Below, piece after piece: positions 48,288-62,249 of a stretch of 64,000 bases of DNA. Source of the DNA: Ylistrum balloti (lineage: Eukaryota); assembly GCF_031769215.1 (NCBI RefSeq), contig NW_026781961.1, positions 682,001-746,000 of the forward strand, given 5' to 3'. The translations under genes were made by a program, and so were the position numbers. Within the stretch, counting starts at the first letter, position 1. Each line of letters starts with the position of its first letter. Under the pieces are notes generated by a model. That model searched no databases and had not been told where the DNA came from. It was given only the letters and a program-made list of their open reading frames with translations.

Positions 48288-51200
48288 ATGGAGTCCAAAT
48301 ACGACCGCGTCGCTTACCCAGAAAATGTCTACCTCCACTCCGATGGAGAAATGGAAGATTTCGGAACTGGAGTGTACCCTGTTTCCGTCATTTCTAGAAA
48401 ACCGTTTCATGATGACTCGATCAACTTCGGTTGTTGCAAGGTGCGACGCAAATTCTCCACACTATTGATAATTACAGGCGTGATTGCTCTTTTACTGGTA
48501 ATCACAATAAGTATTGGGATACACGCAGCCGTGACACACCAGAATCTGGAGCAAAAACTACCCCCAGCATGTAGCAGTGGCGCAAACCCCAACGCTAAGG
48601 ACTTCGGTAAGATATTGGCAACAGTATGGGGAAGGGGGATAACCCAACCTGGAAGCTATGACTAACATTAATTGTACTCAAGACAACGACCTTCCCACTA
48701 CAGTGTTTACGTAAATGTTCGGGTTTTATACACCTATAATCCCACGCATATTCAACCGAAGCATAATAAGATGGGTCTATACGATATTTTGTTAATTTTT
48801 AATATGATGTTTAACAAAGATGCACTTCAAAGCTATTATAATGTTCACTGTTTGTTTGTGCAAGAAATAAATATTTTGTCAACAAGACACTTATCTTATG
48901 GCCACGTAAACCTTGCCAATATACATTAACTAAATGATGTTACATACTGGATAGGCCAAATTATCATACTATCGTTAATCAATCTCAGGCTGATCAGAAA
49001 AAGTCCATTGAACATCAGAATAATTTGATTACATTCTGAAATGAGGTTAACAACAACAACAACACAATGAGCATTAGAAGCGTTTTACTTTACTTGTCAT
49101 ATAACACCAGGAAATAATATTTCCCAGTGAGATCATGTCAAAACCATTTAACTTCCTCATATTTTTACTTATTTTCATCTTTAAAATTAACTTATATATA
49201 TAAGACGGAAATAGAATACATCAGAATCATATGGCGACAATTATTATGAAACAATGTCAGATGTCGCAGTGGTAACACACTCGCCTTACACCTAGGTGTT
49301 CATTTCCCGGCATAGATGTGGAAAAAGTATGGGGTCACCTGCTGGTATTCTCCCAAAGTAACACCTGTTACATGCTTCCATCCATGCCATCAAAAGTGAT
49401 TGGTATAAGTTTAAAGCTTGGTTCACAATTGTTGTAAAATAAATAAAGTTAATATTATATTAACCTTGAAACTTCCCCAAAGTCTTCATCAACCTGTAGC
49501 ATCTCTCAAAAGTCTGTGTTGTGAGTTTAACATAGCAATATGAGTTGTATGTTAACATATTGCATTATGATAGAAGTACAGGGAAAAAGCCCTTGAATAT
49601 CAAATCAGCTGCTAATTTACCATGCAGTAGATTGCAGAAACAGGGATGCTACTCTTTAGAAATGAAAAATCAACAATAGGGAAATTACTGTAATCAAAAG
49701 TTGTTGGTTTCATTGTACAAGAAGGCATCTGATTTGATAGTCTGTTGTGTCTTTGATTTCCAATCCTGGTCATGGGTAATTACGATAGACACGGTCAATG
49801 AATTTTCTGTTATCAATTAATATTTATCTTTAAATGAAATTGAAGGATTTGTTAAGGTCTGCCATAAATTCAACCTCGTATCAAAACCAACTCAGCCTAG
49901 TGAAACATGGTACAACAGTGACATCTGGTGTAATTTTCAGGATTTTATTATCTAAACATGATGTCACAATTTAATTATTGTACATAAAACTATTACATTG
50001 GAAAATTTACAGCGTAACAGGGAAAGGTTTATTGAAGTTTGTGTGGAAAAGCACATTTTTCAGTCTGAGCAACTATCATAACTGATGTTATGATCTTAGA
50101 TATGATGGAATTTATTCGAGTGTAAGTTAACTTTTTATCAACAGTGTTACAGCAATCTACAATTTTCTTTTGAAACATGCCTCTGTATTTTCAGGTCTGC
50201 TTGTACAGCCTATGGTTGAAGATTCGGGATCAGCTATCTGTTTTGATGCCACCAAACCTAAAACATTCCTACCATATCTCAACTCGTTAGATTTCTACAC
50301 ACATGGTAAGTAGAGGCTGGAAGTAGGCTAACATTGATGAAAGCATTCAATGATTAAAATATCACATGATGACATGGTAATATAAAATGGTTGTCAAATG
50401 ATTGGATGGGTTGATGATCATTTGGAAAGGTAAGAAAAAGTTGGTTTACACAATAAAAAACAAGCATTAAGGAAGAAAGTAATGGGGCATTTATAGGAAC
50501 AGCAGTTAAGTATTAAGGTACATTCAAAGTGAAGGAGATGTCTGGGGTTAAGGCCAAGAGGATAGGCATAACATGATAGCAGCAAGACTCATCATTAGGT
50601 CATGTGACCTGAGGGGTCGGGTTGACCTAAAGCCATTATGTTTCATTTGAGTTGAGATCTCAGAATTTCTTTTTTGTCAAGAAGCAATAGGCCTGAATGA
50701 TATTTGTGGTAGCATGTCTAAGGAATAGGCTTTCATGTTTGGAGAAAATGTTTTAATGAACAGACAATGTGTACTTTGTAAGCTGTAGAGTAGTAGGGCA
50801 ATTAAGGCCTTCTTACGCTCTTTCATATGTAGGTCTTTGTAGTCAGATGACCATTGAGTCCTATGAGTCATTGAAAATCCCTCTCCAGGGAGGTCCATTG
50901 AAAATCTCTGCTTGAAAGGTCCATTGAAAATCTCCCTCCTCGGAGGTCCATTGAAAATCTCTACTTGGAAAGTCCATTGAAAATCTCCCCATTGAAGGTC
51001 CATTGAAAAGCTCTCCATGGAAGGTCCATTGAAAAACATGCCTTGAAAGGTCCATTGAAAATCTCCCTCCTCGGAGGTCCATTGAAAATCTCTACTTGGA
51101 AAGTCCATTGAAAATCTCCCCATTGAAGGTCCATTGAAAATCTCCCCATTGAAGGTCCATTGAAAAGCTCTCCATGGAAGGTCCATTGAAAAACATGCCT

Positions 51201-53392
51201 TGAAAGCTCCATTGAAAAAACTTTTTCACCTTCACTTCTCTCTTTATTGTTATCTTCTTTCTTTCAACTCCAATTCACTCTTTTATTGTTATGTCATTCA
51301 GCTTACAGTACAATACCTCAGCATGGAGATGATTATGTTGACTGCACAAATGCTACTGCGCCAGAAGGCAAAAAGTGTCGGTTTGACATCCACAAGCTTG
51401 GCGGTCTGTGTACTCATGGAAAGCAGTATGGATATGACCAAGGTCGACCCTGTGTACTGTTGACACTGAAGATGGTAAGATCTTAATCAAAGTGTTGACA
51501 AATTTCATTTTATGTCTGAATCACCTGTATAATATTTATCCGTATAGCATTTCTAGATGATCAAACTTTTATCCTTACAATTTGAAATTCATCTGATCTA
51601 ATTTATTGATTTATTTGATAATTTTCTGTGGTAAAAGATGAGATGAATATTGAAACATTGATTTTATACTTAAAGCCCAAGGGCATCGTACCAGAAGTGT
51701 TTGAGAAAGATGCTGATATCACAAAGACCAAGCTCCAGAATGGCATATGGAGTCCTGACCATGTTGCTGTCACTTGTGAAGGCGCGGTAGGTATAGTAGG
51801 AGGTGGGAGGGGCAGTAGGTATTGTACAAAATACAGTGTTGTAGGTATAGTAGTAGGTGGGATGGGCAGTAGGTATAGTATAAAATACAGTGTTGTAGGT
51901 ATAGTATAAAATACAGTGTTGTAGGTATAGTATGAAATACAGTGTTGTAGGTATAGTATAAAATACAGTGTTGTAGGTGTAGTATAAAATACAGTGTTAG
52001 AGGTATAGTATAAAATACAGTGTTGTAGGTATAGTATAGAATACAGTGTTGTAGGTATAGTAGGAGGTGGGAGGGGCAGTAGGTATAGTATAAAATACAG
52101 TGTTGTAGGTATAGTAGGAGGTGGGAGGGGCAGTAGGTATAGTATAAAATACAGTGTTGTAGGTGTAGTATAAAATACAGTGTTGTAGGTATAGTATAAA
52201 ATACAGTGTTGTAGCTATAGTATGAAATACAGTGTTGTAGGTATAGTATAAAATACAGTGTTGTAGGTATAGCATTAGGTGGGAGGGGCAGTAGGTATAG
52301 TATAAAATACAGTGTTGTAGGTATAGTAGGAGGTGGGAGGGGCAGTAGGTATAGTATAAAATACAGTGTTGTAGGTATAGTAGGAGGTGGGAGGGGCAGT
52401 AGGTATAGTATAAAATACAGTGTTGTAGGTATAGTATAAAATACAGTGTTGTAGGTATAGCATTAGGTGGGAGGGGCAGTAGGTATAGTATAAAATACAG
52501 TGTTGTAGGTATAGAATTAGGTGGGAGGGGCAGTAGGTATATTATAAAATACAGTGTTGTAGGTATAGTAGTAGGTGGGAGGGGCAGTAGGTATAGTATA
52601 AAATACAGTGTTGTAGCTATAGTATAAAATACAGTGTTGTAGGTATAGTAGGAGGTGGGAGGGGCAGTAGGTATAGTATAAAATACAGTGTTGTAGGTAT
52701 AGTATAAAATACAGTGTTGTAGCTATAGTAGTAGGTGGGAGGGGCAGTAGATATAGTATAAAATACAGTGTTGTAGGTATAGTATTAGTGGGCTTGGCAG
52801 TAGTAAACATTTCCCATGGCTGAAGATAGGAATACAATTTCGTACCTTGATTTCATGTACAGTTGTAAAAGGATTTATTTTGTATTTTGTAGTAATCTTT
52901 TCATTGTGTTCAGAGGACTTGATAATACTTCTGTATATTTTGATTCAGCACATAAAGAAATCTGAAATGGTTTGTGAAAGACATATTTTCTTTTTTATCA
53001 TATGCTGAAAAACAGGATACATACCTGTTTGACATGTCATTCTTTAGCCTGAAGTAGTTAGAGAAAAGATGAAGTAGTTGAATATCTAACATAGTGGATG
53101 ATTGTTACAGACCCCAGAGGATAAAGCAAACATCGGCAGTATGACCTACAAGGGCCCAAACAATATTACAGAAGGCCCAATCTACATCAGTCCTAAGGAA
53201 GGTTTCCCAATCAACTTTTATAAAGGTGGAAACACAGTACTGCCAGGGGTCATGGTGGGCTTCAATGATCTGAAAATCACTAAAAATACTTATATCACCA
53301 TCAAGTGTGTGGCATGGGCTAAAAACTTCAACAACGGTGATCCTGCTAATTCCATCGCATACACCTCAACATTCAAGTTCCACCTGAGCTGA
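48288..53392 (+). CDS. Na+/K+-ATPase beta-subunit-like type-II membrane protein, 5 exons, 331 aa
   Basis: Exons: 48288-48606, 50195-50305, 51302-51474, 51676-51786, 53111-53392. All introns are GT-AG with consistent phases, total 996 nt. There is a single TM helix (STLLIITGVIALLLVITISIGIHA), then GLLVQP, C-x10-CRF...LGGLC...YGYDQGRPCVLL, VTCEG and IKCVAWAKN, giving the six-cysteine beta-subunit pattern. AATAAA lies at 54658-54663. Confidence 0.85.
50875..51220. repeat. ~26-bp minisatellite in intron 2 of the beta-like gene
   Basis: GGTCCATTGAAAATCTCCCCATTGAA-type units, ~13 copies. A HINE-like 5' fragment precedes it at ~50597. Confidence 0.9.
51787..52790 (+). repeat. 26/28-bp minisatellite starting exactly at the exon-4 donor of the beta-like gene
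   Basis: GTAGGTATAGTATAAAATACAGTGTT is interspersed with GTAGGTATAGTAGGAGGTGGGAGGGGCA. The first GT of the array is the intron donor at 51787. Confidence 0.95.
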
Positions 53393-53547
53393 GAGAGAAC
53401 ATCAGTCACATCACTGACAGCCTTGGAGGGGTTCCTGACACTTGTTACAAACATACTATAAACTTAAAGCTTTGGGTGATAGCATTTAAACAAACAATTT
53501 TCTCATGTCAATTTGAGTTATTACCGTCATTGTTTTATAGTGACCAA

Positions 53548-53935
53548 GAATATGTCTGATCTCTATGGTTACAAAGGGTCAGAATAGGTCTGATCTCTAT
53601 GGTTACAAAGGGTCAGAATATGTCTGATCTCTATGGTTACAAAGGGTCAGAATAGGTCTGATCTCTATGGTTACAGAGGTCAGGATATGTCTGATCTCTA
53701 TGGTTACAAAAGGTCAGAAAAGGTCTGATCTCTATGGTTACAGAGGGTCAGAATAGGTCTGATCTCTATGGTTACAAAGGGTCAGAATATGTCTGATCTC
53801 TATGGTTACAAAGGGTCAGAATAGGTCTGATCTCTATGGTTACAAAGGGTCAGAATAGGTCTGATCTCTATGGTTACAGAGGGTCACAATAAGTCTGATC
53901 TCTGTGGTTAAAGAGAACAGAAAAGATCTGATCGC
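53548..53935. repeat. 34-bp minisatellite in the presumed 3' UTR of the beta-like gene, ~11 copies
   Basis: TCTGATCTCTATGGTTACAAAGGGTCAGAATAGG. It lies ~150 bp after the stop and before the first AATAAA noted (54658). Confidence 0.9.
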
Positions 53936-55069
53936 TACAGTTTAAGTGACATGGGTTAGGTTGCTTCTCTCTGATGGATTTAGATTTTGTTGTATTTCTC
54001 TGATATACCTAGTTTATATCATTGTCATGCTCTGTGTATCAGATTATATCAAACATTCCATTAACTTCTAGAAGAGAAATCTCAACAGGATTTTTGGTGA
54101 ATACAGATTCTGAAAGCTATTTTATGTATTTAAAAATGACATGTCACATGTTAAACTATATGATGTTGTAATCATCTACCAGTAGACTGGAGTGTCAGAG
54201 AAATTGTTGTTTTATGTTGATCTGTCCTGCCAAAGTGTATATATATATATATGGAGATCCATGTGTGTAAATGATGATGACTTCTGTGTGTATAGAGTGT
54301 GTGGTCCCTAATTATGATAAACTATAGTTGGGTCGCCAAAGAGCTTTTTCAGCATCTCTCATGCTGATTGATGGTCTGATGTAAATTTATCTTCTATGGA
54401 TTTTGTTTAAAAGAAGTAAGCTTGCTAAACTGAAATTGGCATGTATAGCAATGAGTGAAACTAACCTATGGATTAGAATTACACAGGTTTTCAGTGTTGT
54501 TGTGTGATATTATGGTTATCTTTACACAACTGAAAACTTTTCTGTGGCTTAAAGTGATTTTTTCATACTGATTGTGTCCTTTATAAACAGAATGTAAAGT
54601 ATTCTACTTTTGAATCTCATGGTGTATATTGGCTACATGGGGACTTATTGTATTCAGAATAAATATTCTTAAATATTCTAATTCAATTCTGAAATATTCC
54701 ATATTTTATCTGTAACGTCCTAAATATTATAAGTTAACAATACATATCCTATGCGGATCCTTTTTCATGGTTATTTAAACGGTTTGTTACAAGGTCAGGT
54801 GATGACGTAAAAAGTATGCATAATTATATATCTAATTAAACATTGAACACTGAAGGTAAATATGAAAACTGTTGTGTTTGAAAGGTTCCAGTACAGTGAC
54901 ACTTGTCTGCGCACTCTGCTGGATTATCCACATCCTGAAATGTAACAACTGTTTTCTTCATTTTGTTTCAAGAAATAGTGAAGAAAATTGTAGCTACATC
55001 TCAAGCCGTTCATATTCCTTAACACTTTGTTATGATAAAGTGATAGTAAAGTGTGAAACTGGAGTGTAT

Positions 55070-55655
55070 ACTGTGTTATTTCTGTGTTATACATGTTATA
55101 TACCTGTGTTATACCTGGTTTATACCTGTGTTATACCTGGGTTATACCTGGGTTATACATGTTCTGTACCTGTGTTATACCTGTGTTATACCTGGTTTAT
55201 ACCTGTGTTATACCTGGGTTAAACATGTTATATACCTGTGTTATACCTGGGTTATACCTGGTTTATACCTGTTATACCTGGGTTATACATGTTATATACC
55301 TGTGTTATACCTGGGTTATACCTGGTTTATACCTGTTATACCTGGGTTATACCTGGGATATACATGTTATATACCTGTGTTATACCTGGTTTATACCTGT
55401 TATACCTGGGTTATACCTGGGATATACATGTTATATACCTGTGTTATACCTGGGTTATACCTGGTTTATACCTGTGTTATACCTGTGTTATACCTGGGTT
55501 ATACATGTTATATACCTATGTTATACCTGGGTTATACCTGGTTTATACCTGTTATACCTGGGTTATACCTGTTATACCTGGGTTAAACCTGGGATATACA
55601 TGTTATATACCTGTGTTATACCTGGGTTATACCTGGTTTATACCTGGGTTATACA
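55070..55655. repeat. Low-complexity ~11-bp tandem repeat
   Basis: TATACCTGGGT / TATACCTGTGT variants. This is the source of the YTC/IPGL pseudo-ORFs. Confidence 0.9.
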
Positions 55656-55664
55656 TGTGTTTTC

Positions 55665-55810
55665 GTAGTTGGCTAATTCATCACCCATTTTTGTAGTTTG
55701 CTAATTCATCACCCATTTTTGTAGTTTGCTAATTCATCACCCATTTTTGTAGTTGGCTAATTCATCACCCATTTTTGTAGTTGGCTAATTCATCACCCAT
55801 TTTTGTAGTA
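55665..55810. repeat. 28-bp tandem repeat, ~5 copies
   Basis: GCTAATTCATCACCCATTTTTGTAGTT(G/T). Confidence 0.9.
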
Positions 55811-56094
55811 TTTAATTCATGTTCTTGTTGACTTGACAATTTCTTGCTTGTATGGAGGTGGTATTTAAATGCTTAACACTTTTATGATAAAACCAATTAG
55901 AATTTATCCATTCAGTATGTCAATCTAGTTTTATAATGATGAAACTTGATGCTTCACAAAAAAATGTGTAAATACACTGTCCATCATCAAGAAATCTTAT
56001 CAGAGCTTTCTACTTCAGATACAATTTCATCTAATCATCAAAGTCAGTCTGGACATAAATTTAAGTTAATTTTGACTTCTGTTCCCATGGTTTC

Positions 56095-57180
56095 TTCTAG
56101 TAGTGGCATCCACAGTTCGCTTTGACTTCTGTTTCCATAGTTACTACCAGTAGTCGCATTCACAGCTAGTTTTGACATGTGTTTTTGTGGTTACTACCAT
56201 AGTGGTATCTAGGAATGGCTTTGAGTTCTGTTCCCATGGTTACTACCATAGTGGTATCTAGGAATGGCTTTGAGTTCTGTTCCCATGGTTACTACCATAG
56301 TGGTATCTAGGAATGGCTTTGAGTTCTGTTCCTATGGTTACTACCATAGTGGTATCTAGGAATGGCTTTGAGTTCTGTTCCCATGGTTACTACCATAGTG
56401 GTATCTAGGAATGGCTTTGAGTTCTGTTCCTATGGTTACTACCATAGTGGTATCTAGGAATGGCTTTGAGTTCTGTTCCTATTGTTATTACCATAGTGGT
56501 ATCTAGGAATGGCTTTGAGTTCTGTTCCTATGGTTACTACCATAGTGGTATCTAGGAATGGCTTTGAGTTCTGTTCCCATGGTTACTACCATAGTGGTAT
56601 CTAGGAATGGCTTTGAGTTCTGTTCCCGTGGTTACTACCATAGTGGTATCTAGGAATGGCTTTGAGTTCTGTTCCTATTGTTATTACCATAGTGGTATCT
56701 AGGAATGGCTTTGAGTTCTGTTCCCATGGTTACTACCATAGTGGTATCTAGGAATGGCTTTGAGTTCTGTTCCTATTGTTATTACCATAGTGGTATCTAG
56801 GAATGGCTTTGAGTTCTGTTCCCATGGTTACTACCATAGTGGTATCTAGGAATGGCTTTGAGTTCTGTTCCTATTGTTATTACCATAGTGGTATCTAGGA
56901 ATGGCTTTGAGTTCTGTTCCCGTGGTTACTACCATAGTGGTATCTAGGAATGGCTTTGAGTTCTGTTCCTATTGTTATTACCATAGTGGTATCTAGGAAT
57001 GGCTTTGAGTTCTGTTCCCATGGTTACTACCATAGTGGTATCTAGGAATGGCTTTGAGTTCTGTTCCTATTGTTATTACCATAGTGGTATCTAGGAATGG
57101 CTTTGAGTTCTGTTCCCATGGTTACTACCATAGTGGTATCTAGGAATGGCTTTGAGTTCTGTTCCCATGGTTACTAACTG
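56095..57180. repeat. 49-bp minisatellite, ~20 copies
   Basis: GTTCTGTTCCCATGGTTACTACCATAGTGGTATCTAGGAATGGCTTTGA. Confidence 0.95.
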
Positions 57181-57509
57181 TTGTGGTATTCACAGCTATC
57201 CATTACTTCTGTTCCCATTATGACTACCTGTATTTTTAACACAGCCATGGCATGCATATTTACCACTAGTTAAAACCTTGTTTCCATGGTAGCTGAAAGG
57301 ACTATTATGAGTTGCTAGTTTAAAAATCTGTGCGATAGGTGTGGTATCAGTATTGGTACTGATCTACAGGTGGTTTTAATTCTATGTTAAAATTGTTTTA
57401 ACTCTGTTATTATATAATATTCACTGTGTATCTGTTGTGTTTAGCGGGATTTCAATGTTATAAAGTGGTCCATACTTGGGCGTATTGCTCATGTGTTATA
57501 AGTAAGTAG

Positions 57510-57645
57510 TCCCTTATTCATAGAAGTTACAGTCATTCTGATGTTGTTTCTGTGTCCTTATTCATAGAAGTTACAGTCATTCTGATGTTGTTTCTGTGTC
57601 CTTATTCATAGAAGTTACAGTCATTCTGATGTTGTTTCTGTGTTC
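57510..57645. repeat. 44-bp tandem triplication
   Basis: CCTTATTCATAGAAGTTACAGTCATTCTGATGTTGTTTCTGTGT x3. Confidence 0.9.
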
Positions 57646-59984
57646 ATGATGTGATACAGATGATACTGGTCAGAATCAAGACATTCAAACTTAGTTATTA
57701 CGTAAGTCATGTTGTCAGTATACAGAACATTCTAATATGTAAATCATTCAATGTAGTTATGGTGTTCTTACATTCCACTGGGAAAATGTTTTAAAGATTT
57801 TTTTTTATATACATATATATCATTGTTTTCATATCCATCTCATTTTGTTGTAAACACTGAGAGTATGTAGTATGTTTTCTGTCAATATATACATTCCTTT
57901 TGAATTCTCTAAATATCATGACTAGAAATAGTTGTAACATATCACTGTTATACAGGAGACTATTTATAAACACTATTTTGATATTAAAGTAACCCAAGTT
58001 TACATCATAACATTATCTACCTTGGAATATATTGCTTCAAATAACAACCTCAAAATCCTGAAAAGAAGAAAAAAATTTGTTCTATAAAGAACAAGACTGA
58101 TGCCTTTTGATATTATAAACCCAGACAAGATGGTTACCATTTGTTGTTTAATACAAAGTGAACTATTTTTTAGAGAGAATGTTGTATTTTATGAAGGCCA
58201 CAGACAGCTTCACTCACGTGCCTTAGCTCCACAGGTTTAGAATTAGTACCATATTTTGCTGTTTGATTATAGAAATAAGCTATAAACTATTGAAGGTTAC
58301 GTGTGATATTTTAAGAAAATGATTTTAAAAGAAACAGAGTCTGTATTACAATATAAGATTACAAACTCAGGGCTTTTGATAATACAATGGTTTATTGAAA
58401 AGCTGTTGAAATGTTAACAAAGAGACTTGTAGTTAGGTGTGTAGACAGTCTTGGCAAAAATTCATTTGAGAGATTGTCAAAGATCCAGGTTCATCTCTTG
58501 AAATATTATCCAGCTGTTTTGTCCTGTATTTTTGTTGATCGAACAAGCTCATGTTTTTAAACTGATATTCAATAATTTTTATAATGAATGCAGACACCAG
58601 TTGTTTTGGTGACATGTTTTCCATGAAATTTTGATGATGAATGACTAGCAGTACTTTATGACAACTTCATTTGAAAAATCATTTTAATATCATTATCCAG
58701 AATTATACTTTAGAAACAGGAAAAAGATTGTATATTACAGTTAATTATAAGCGATGTATAAGGCGAGGTAAACAAGACTGAGAGTTGTCTGGGTAGAAAA
58801 GTCCTTGTAGTCTTTGTGATATGGCAGCTGTGACCACAGATTTGCCCAGTTCTGAAGCGGTTAGTCCCGCTTTGATGTTAGTGCCATGCAAATTATGATC
58901 TTTAATATTCTGTCCAACAATAGAAATACTATGCGAGTTTTAAACATATTTGATGAGTATCCATGTAATGTTAACCTGGGCACCAGGGTAACAGCGTTAA
59001 TCATCATATTGGTTTGCTTTAGATCCTCTTAGTAACGACCATTGTAGTCTTTTTTACTCCCCTGAGGGATACTAAACCCAGTTATATTTTATTGTACACG
59101 TTTCAAAAGGTTGTTTTGTTGGAGTCTGTAGACTAAACCTGCTTTATGAGCTGTTCCTTAGTGGAGCTTTGGATGTGGAGCTTTTTATGTGAATACTACA
59201 AGATATAAATAGATTTTCCTTCACTGACCTTCATGATCTGCCCTTTACAATTCCTTGCTGAAGGTTGAGACTGCATCGCTTCCAGATATGTACCTTATCC
59301 CATAGCTGCTTTTAAAAATATCTATCACCGATTTAAATCTACACAGTTTAGGCTAATGTTTTATTCTTTGAGACATATTCTGTAAGCAAATTTGGGTGCT
59401 TTTAATGAAATTTTATCCAGTTCAAATGTATGAAATTATGATTTCCAGGAGAGGTCTTTGTGACCTGCCATTTTATATAAACATTTACATTTTAAGCCCA
59501 AACAGGCACCCAACTAATTGTTGTATAGTTTTATGTGGTCAGTCAGTATTTTCCTGCGGTTGTTTGTAACACTAGCTGGTTATGTTCATGGTATTGTATG
59601 CTGTACTGTTTAAGTGTTTTAGACTTTGTTTTGCCAAGACATTATAACAAAATACAAGTAATATGAAATAAAGTAATTCAAAATGTGTGGTTTAACATAC
59701 TAGGTATCTGGATGATTAATTTGAGTTCATCACTTATGTTTTATATATAATATTTAGAGTTGTTGACAATAATGAATTTTATTTCCTTTTAGAAAACTTG
59801 TTAATAATATTTTTACTGTATGTGACCAACTAAACTCAGCAGGATGTTCTGGTAATTTACATCCATCAGAAGCCAGTGTTAATTATCAATCAGGACTGTT
59901 GGCTGGCAAATGTCAAAAATACAACTCTAGTTCTGACACTGAATGGCAACTTTTGCATTGTGTAGTTTGGCAATACAACTACTG

Positions 59985-61010
59985 ATAATGGGGCGTGGCT
60001 GGCTTCAATGAGTTCTTCAGATCACTGTGACTATATAGTTACTGGTGATGGGGCGTGGCTAGCTTCAATGTGTCCTTCAGATCACTGTGACTATATAGTT
60101 ACTGATGATGGGGCGTGGCTGGCTTCAATGTGCCCTTCAGATCACTGTGACTAATAGTTACTGGTGATGTGTCCTTCAGATCACTGTGACTATATAGTTA
60201 CTGGTGATGGGGCATGGCTAGCTTCAATGTGTTCTTCAGATCACTGTGACTATATAGTTACTGGTAATGGGGCTTGGCTAGCTTCAATGTGTCCTTCAGA
60301 TCACTGTGACTATATAGTTACTGTTAAAGGGGTTTGGTTGGCTTCAATGTGTCCTTCAGATCACTGTGACTAATAGTTACTGGTGATGGGGTTGTGGTTG
60401 GCTTCAATGTGTCCTTCAGATCACTGTGACTATATAGTTACTGTTAAAGGGGTTTGGTTGGCTTCAATGTGTCCTTCAGATCACTGTGACTAATAGTTAC
60501 TGGTGATGGGGTTGTGGTTGGCTTCAATGTGTCCTTCAGATCACTGTGACTATATAGTTACTGTTAAAGGGGTTTGGTTGGCTTCAATGTGTCCTTCAGA
60601 TCACTGTGACTAATAGTTACTGGTGATGGGGGCGTGGTTGGCTTCAATGTGTCCTTCAGATCACTGTGACTATATAGTTACTGGTGATGGGGCATGGCTA
60701 GCTTCAATGTATCCTTCAGATCACTGTGACTATATAGTTACTGGTGATGGGGGCGTGGTTGGCTTCAATGTGTCCTTCTGATCATCTTGACTGGTGATGG
60801 GGACGTGGTTGGCTTCAATGCGTCCTTCTGATCATCTTGACTGGTGATGGGGGCGTGGTTGGCTTCAATGCGTCCTTCTGATCATCTTGACTGGTGATGG
60901 GGGCATGGTTGGCTTCAATGTGTCCTTCTGATCATCTTGACTGGTGATGGGGGCGTGGTTGGCTTCAATGCGTCCTTCTGATCATCTTGACTGGTGATGG
61001 GGGCGTGGTT
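59985..61010. repeat. 60-bp minisatellite switching to a 50-bp variant
   Basis: GTGATGGGGCGTGGCTAGCTTCAATGTGTCCTTCAGATCACTGTGACTATATAGTTACTG. From ~60770 the unit is GTGATGGGGGCGTGGTTGGCTTCAATGCGTCCTTCTGATCATCTTGACTG. Confidence 0.95.
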
Positions 61011-61404
61011 GGGGCATTGCAGGCTTCAGTATGTATTTAAGCTTTGTTACACATAGTTGCTACACAAACTAAAATATCATGGAGGAGCATTTAAAAAAAA
61101 TAAAAGAGGCTTACATAAAACTTATAACTAAAGATAATAAAATATACTGTTGGATGGTCTGTGATTGTTTTCTACAGAATTATCAGATGAATCCCTGATT
61201 TAGTGGTAACAACTTTGTGACCTGGTTGGTCTGTGATTCTAACTCTTAGATTGTTTTATATGTATGTACTATAATTTTTATGATTCTTTAAATGTGCAAA
61301 TCTTCAAGCTGCAATAAAAAAATTATCTATTGTTTCTTAAGTGTTGGTAATTTTTTTCACACAAACTGGAATATAGAACTGTTAACCAGCTGAGGTATAT
61401 ACTT

Positions 61405-61820
61405 CTATCACAGATTGAGCTGACAACCTGTCTACGTATCACAGAGTGAGCTGATGTCATGTCTATGTATCACAAAGTGAGCTGACGACCTGTCTACATA
61501 TCACAGTGAGCTGACCATTTGTATATGTATGACAGTGAGGTGACGTCCTGTCTACGTATCACAAAGTCAGCCAACGTCCTGTCTATGTATGACAAAGTGA
61601 GGTGACAACCTGTAAGTTTCACAGTGTCTGATGACCTGTATGTATCAAAGAGTAGACTAACAATATGTGTGTATGTATCACAGAGTTGACAGCCCATGTG
61701 TATGTATCGTGGAGCTGACAGCCCGTGTGTATGTATCGCGGAGCTGACAGCCCGTGTGTATGTATCGCGGAGCTGACAGCCCGTGTGTATGTATCGCGGA
61801 GCTGACAGCCTGTTTGTATG
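61405..61820. repeat. Degenerate ~30-35-bp tandem repeat
   Basis: GAGCTGACAACCTGTCTACGTATCACA grades into CGCGGAGCTGACAGCCCGTGTGTATGTAT. Confidence 0.8.
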
Positions 61821-62249
61821 TATATCTTCTGACAGAAATGAGCAAGCTTGCTTCATATTAATCTGAAACAGACTGGCTATGTGTACTATTTCTGAAACAT
61901 TTTTCTCTGGATTGGTAACACTCATATAATAAATGTTGAAACATCACACATCTTCTACTGGTTGTGAGATAAGAACTTCTATTCTATAGTCCTGTGCACA
62001 TTGTCAGTACATAAAATAAAACAATCCAATCTCAGTAAAATTAAAAAATAAATTTAATTTTCCTGTATAAACCAGACCTCTGTCATAATGTTCCTTGCAC
62101 TTCTTACAACTATTAAAATCTTTTCATACACACAGATCCTGTTCATGTACACAGACATATACACACACAATGTACACCCTTCCTTGGTAACCTTACACTA
62201 TTCTCCGAATTTGTCACTGCCAAGTTACAACACACACAGTCACTCATAC

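Noticed and set aside
54872-55696. Tyr/Cys-rich hydrophobic ORFs
   Set aside because: They are translations of the 11-bp low-complexity repeat.
58750-58940. Short stop-free minus-strand stretch (…HGTNIKAGLTASELGKSVV…)
   Set aside because: No recognisable motif, start or splice context. Its length is within chance expectation.
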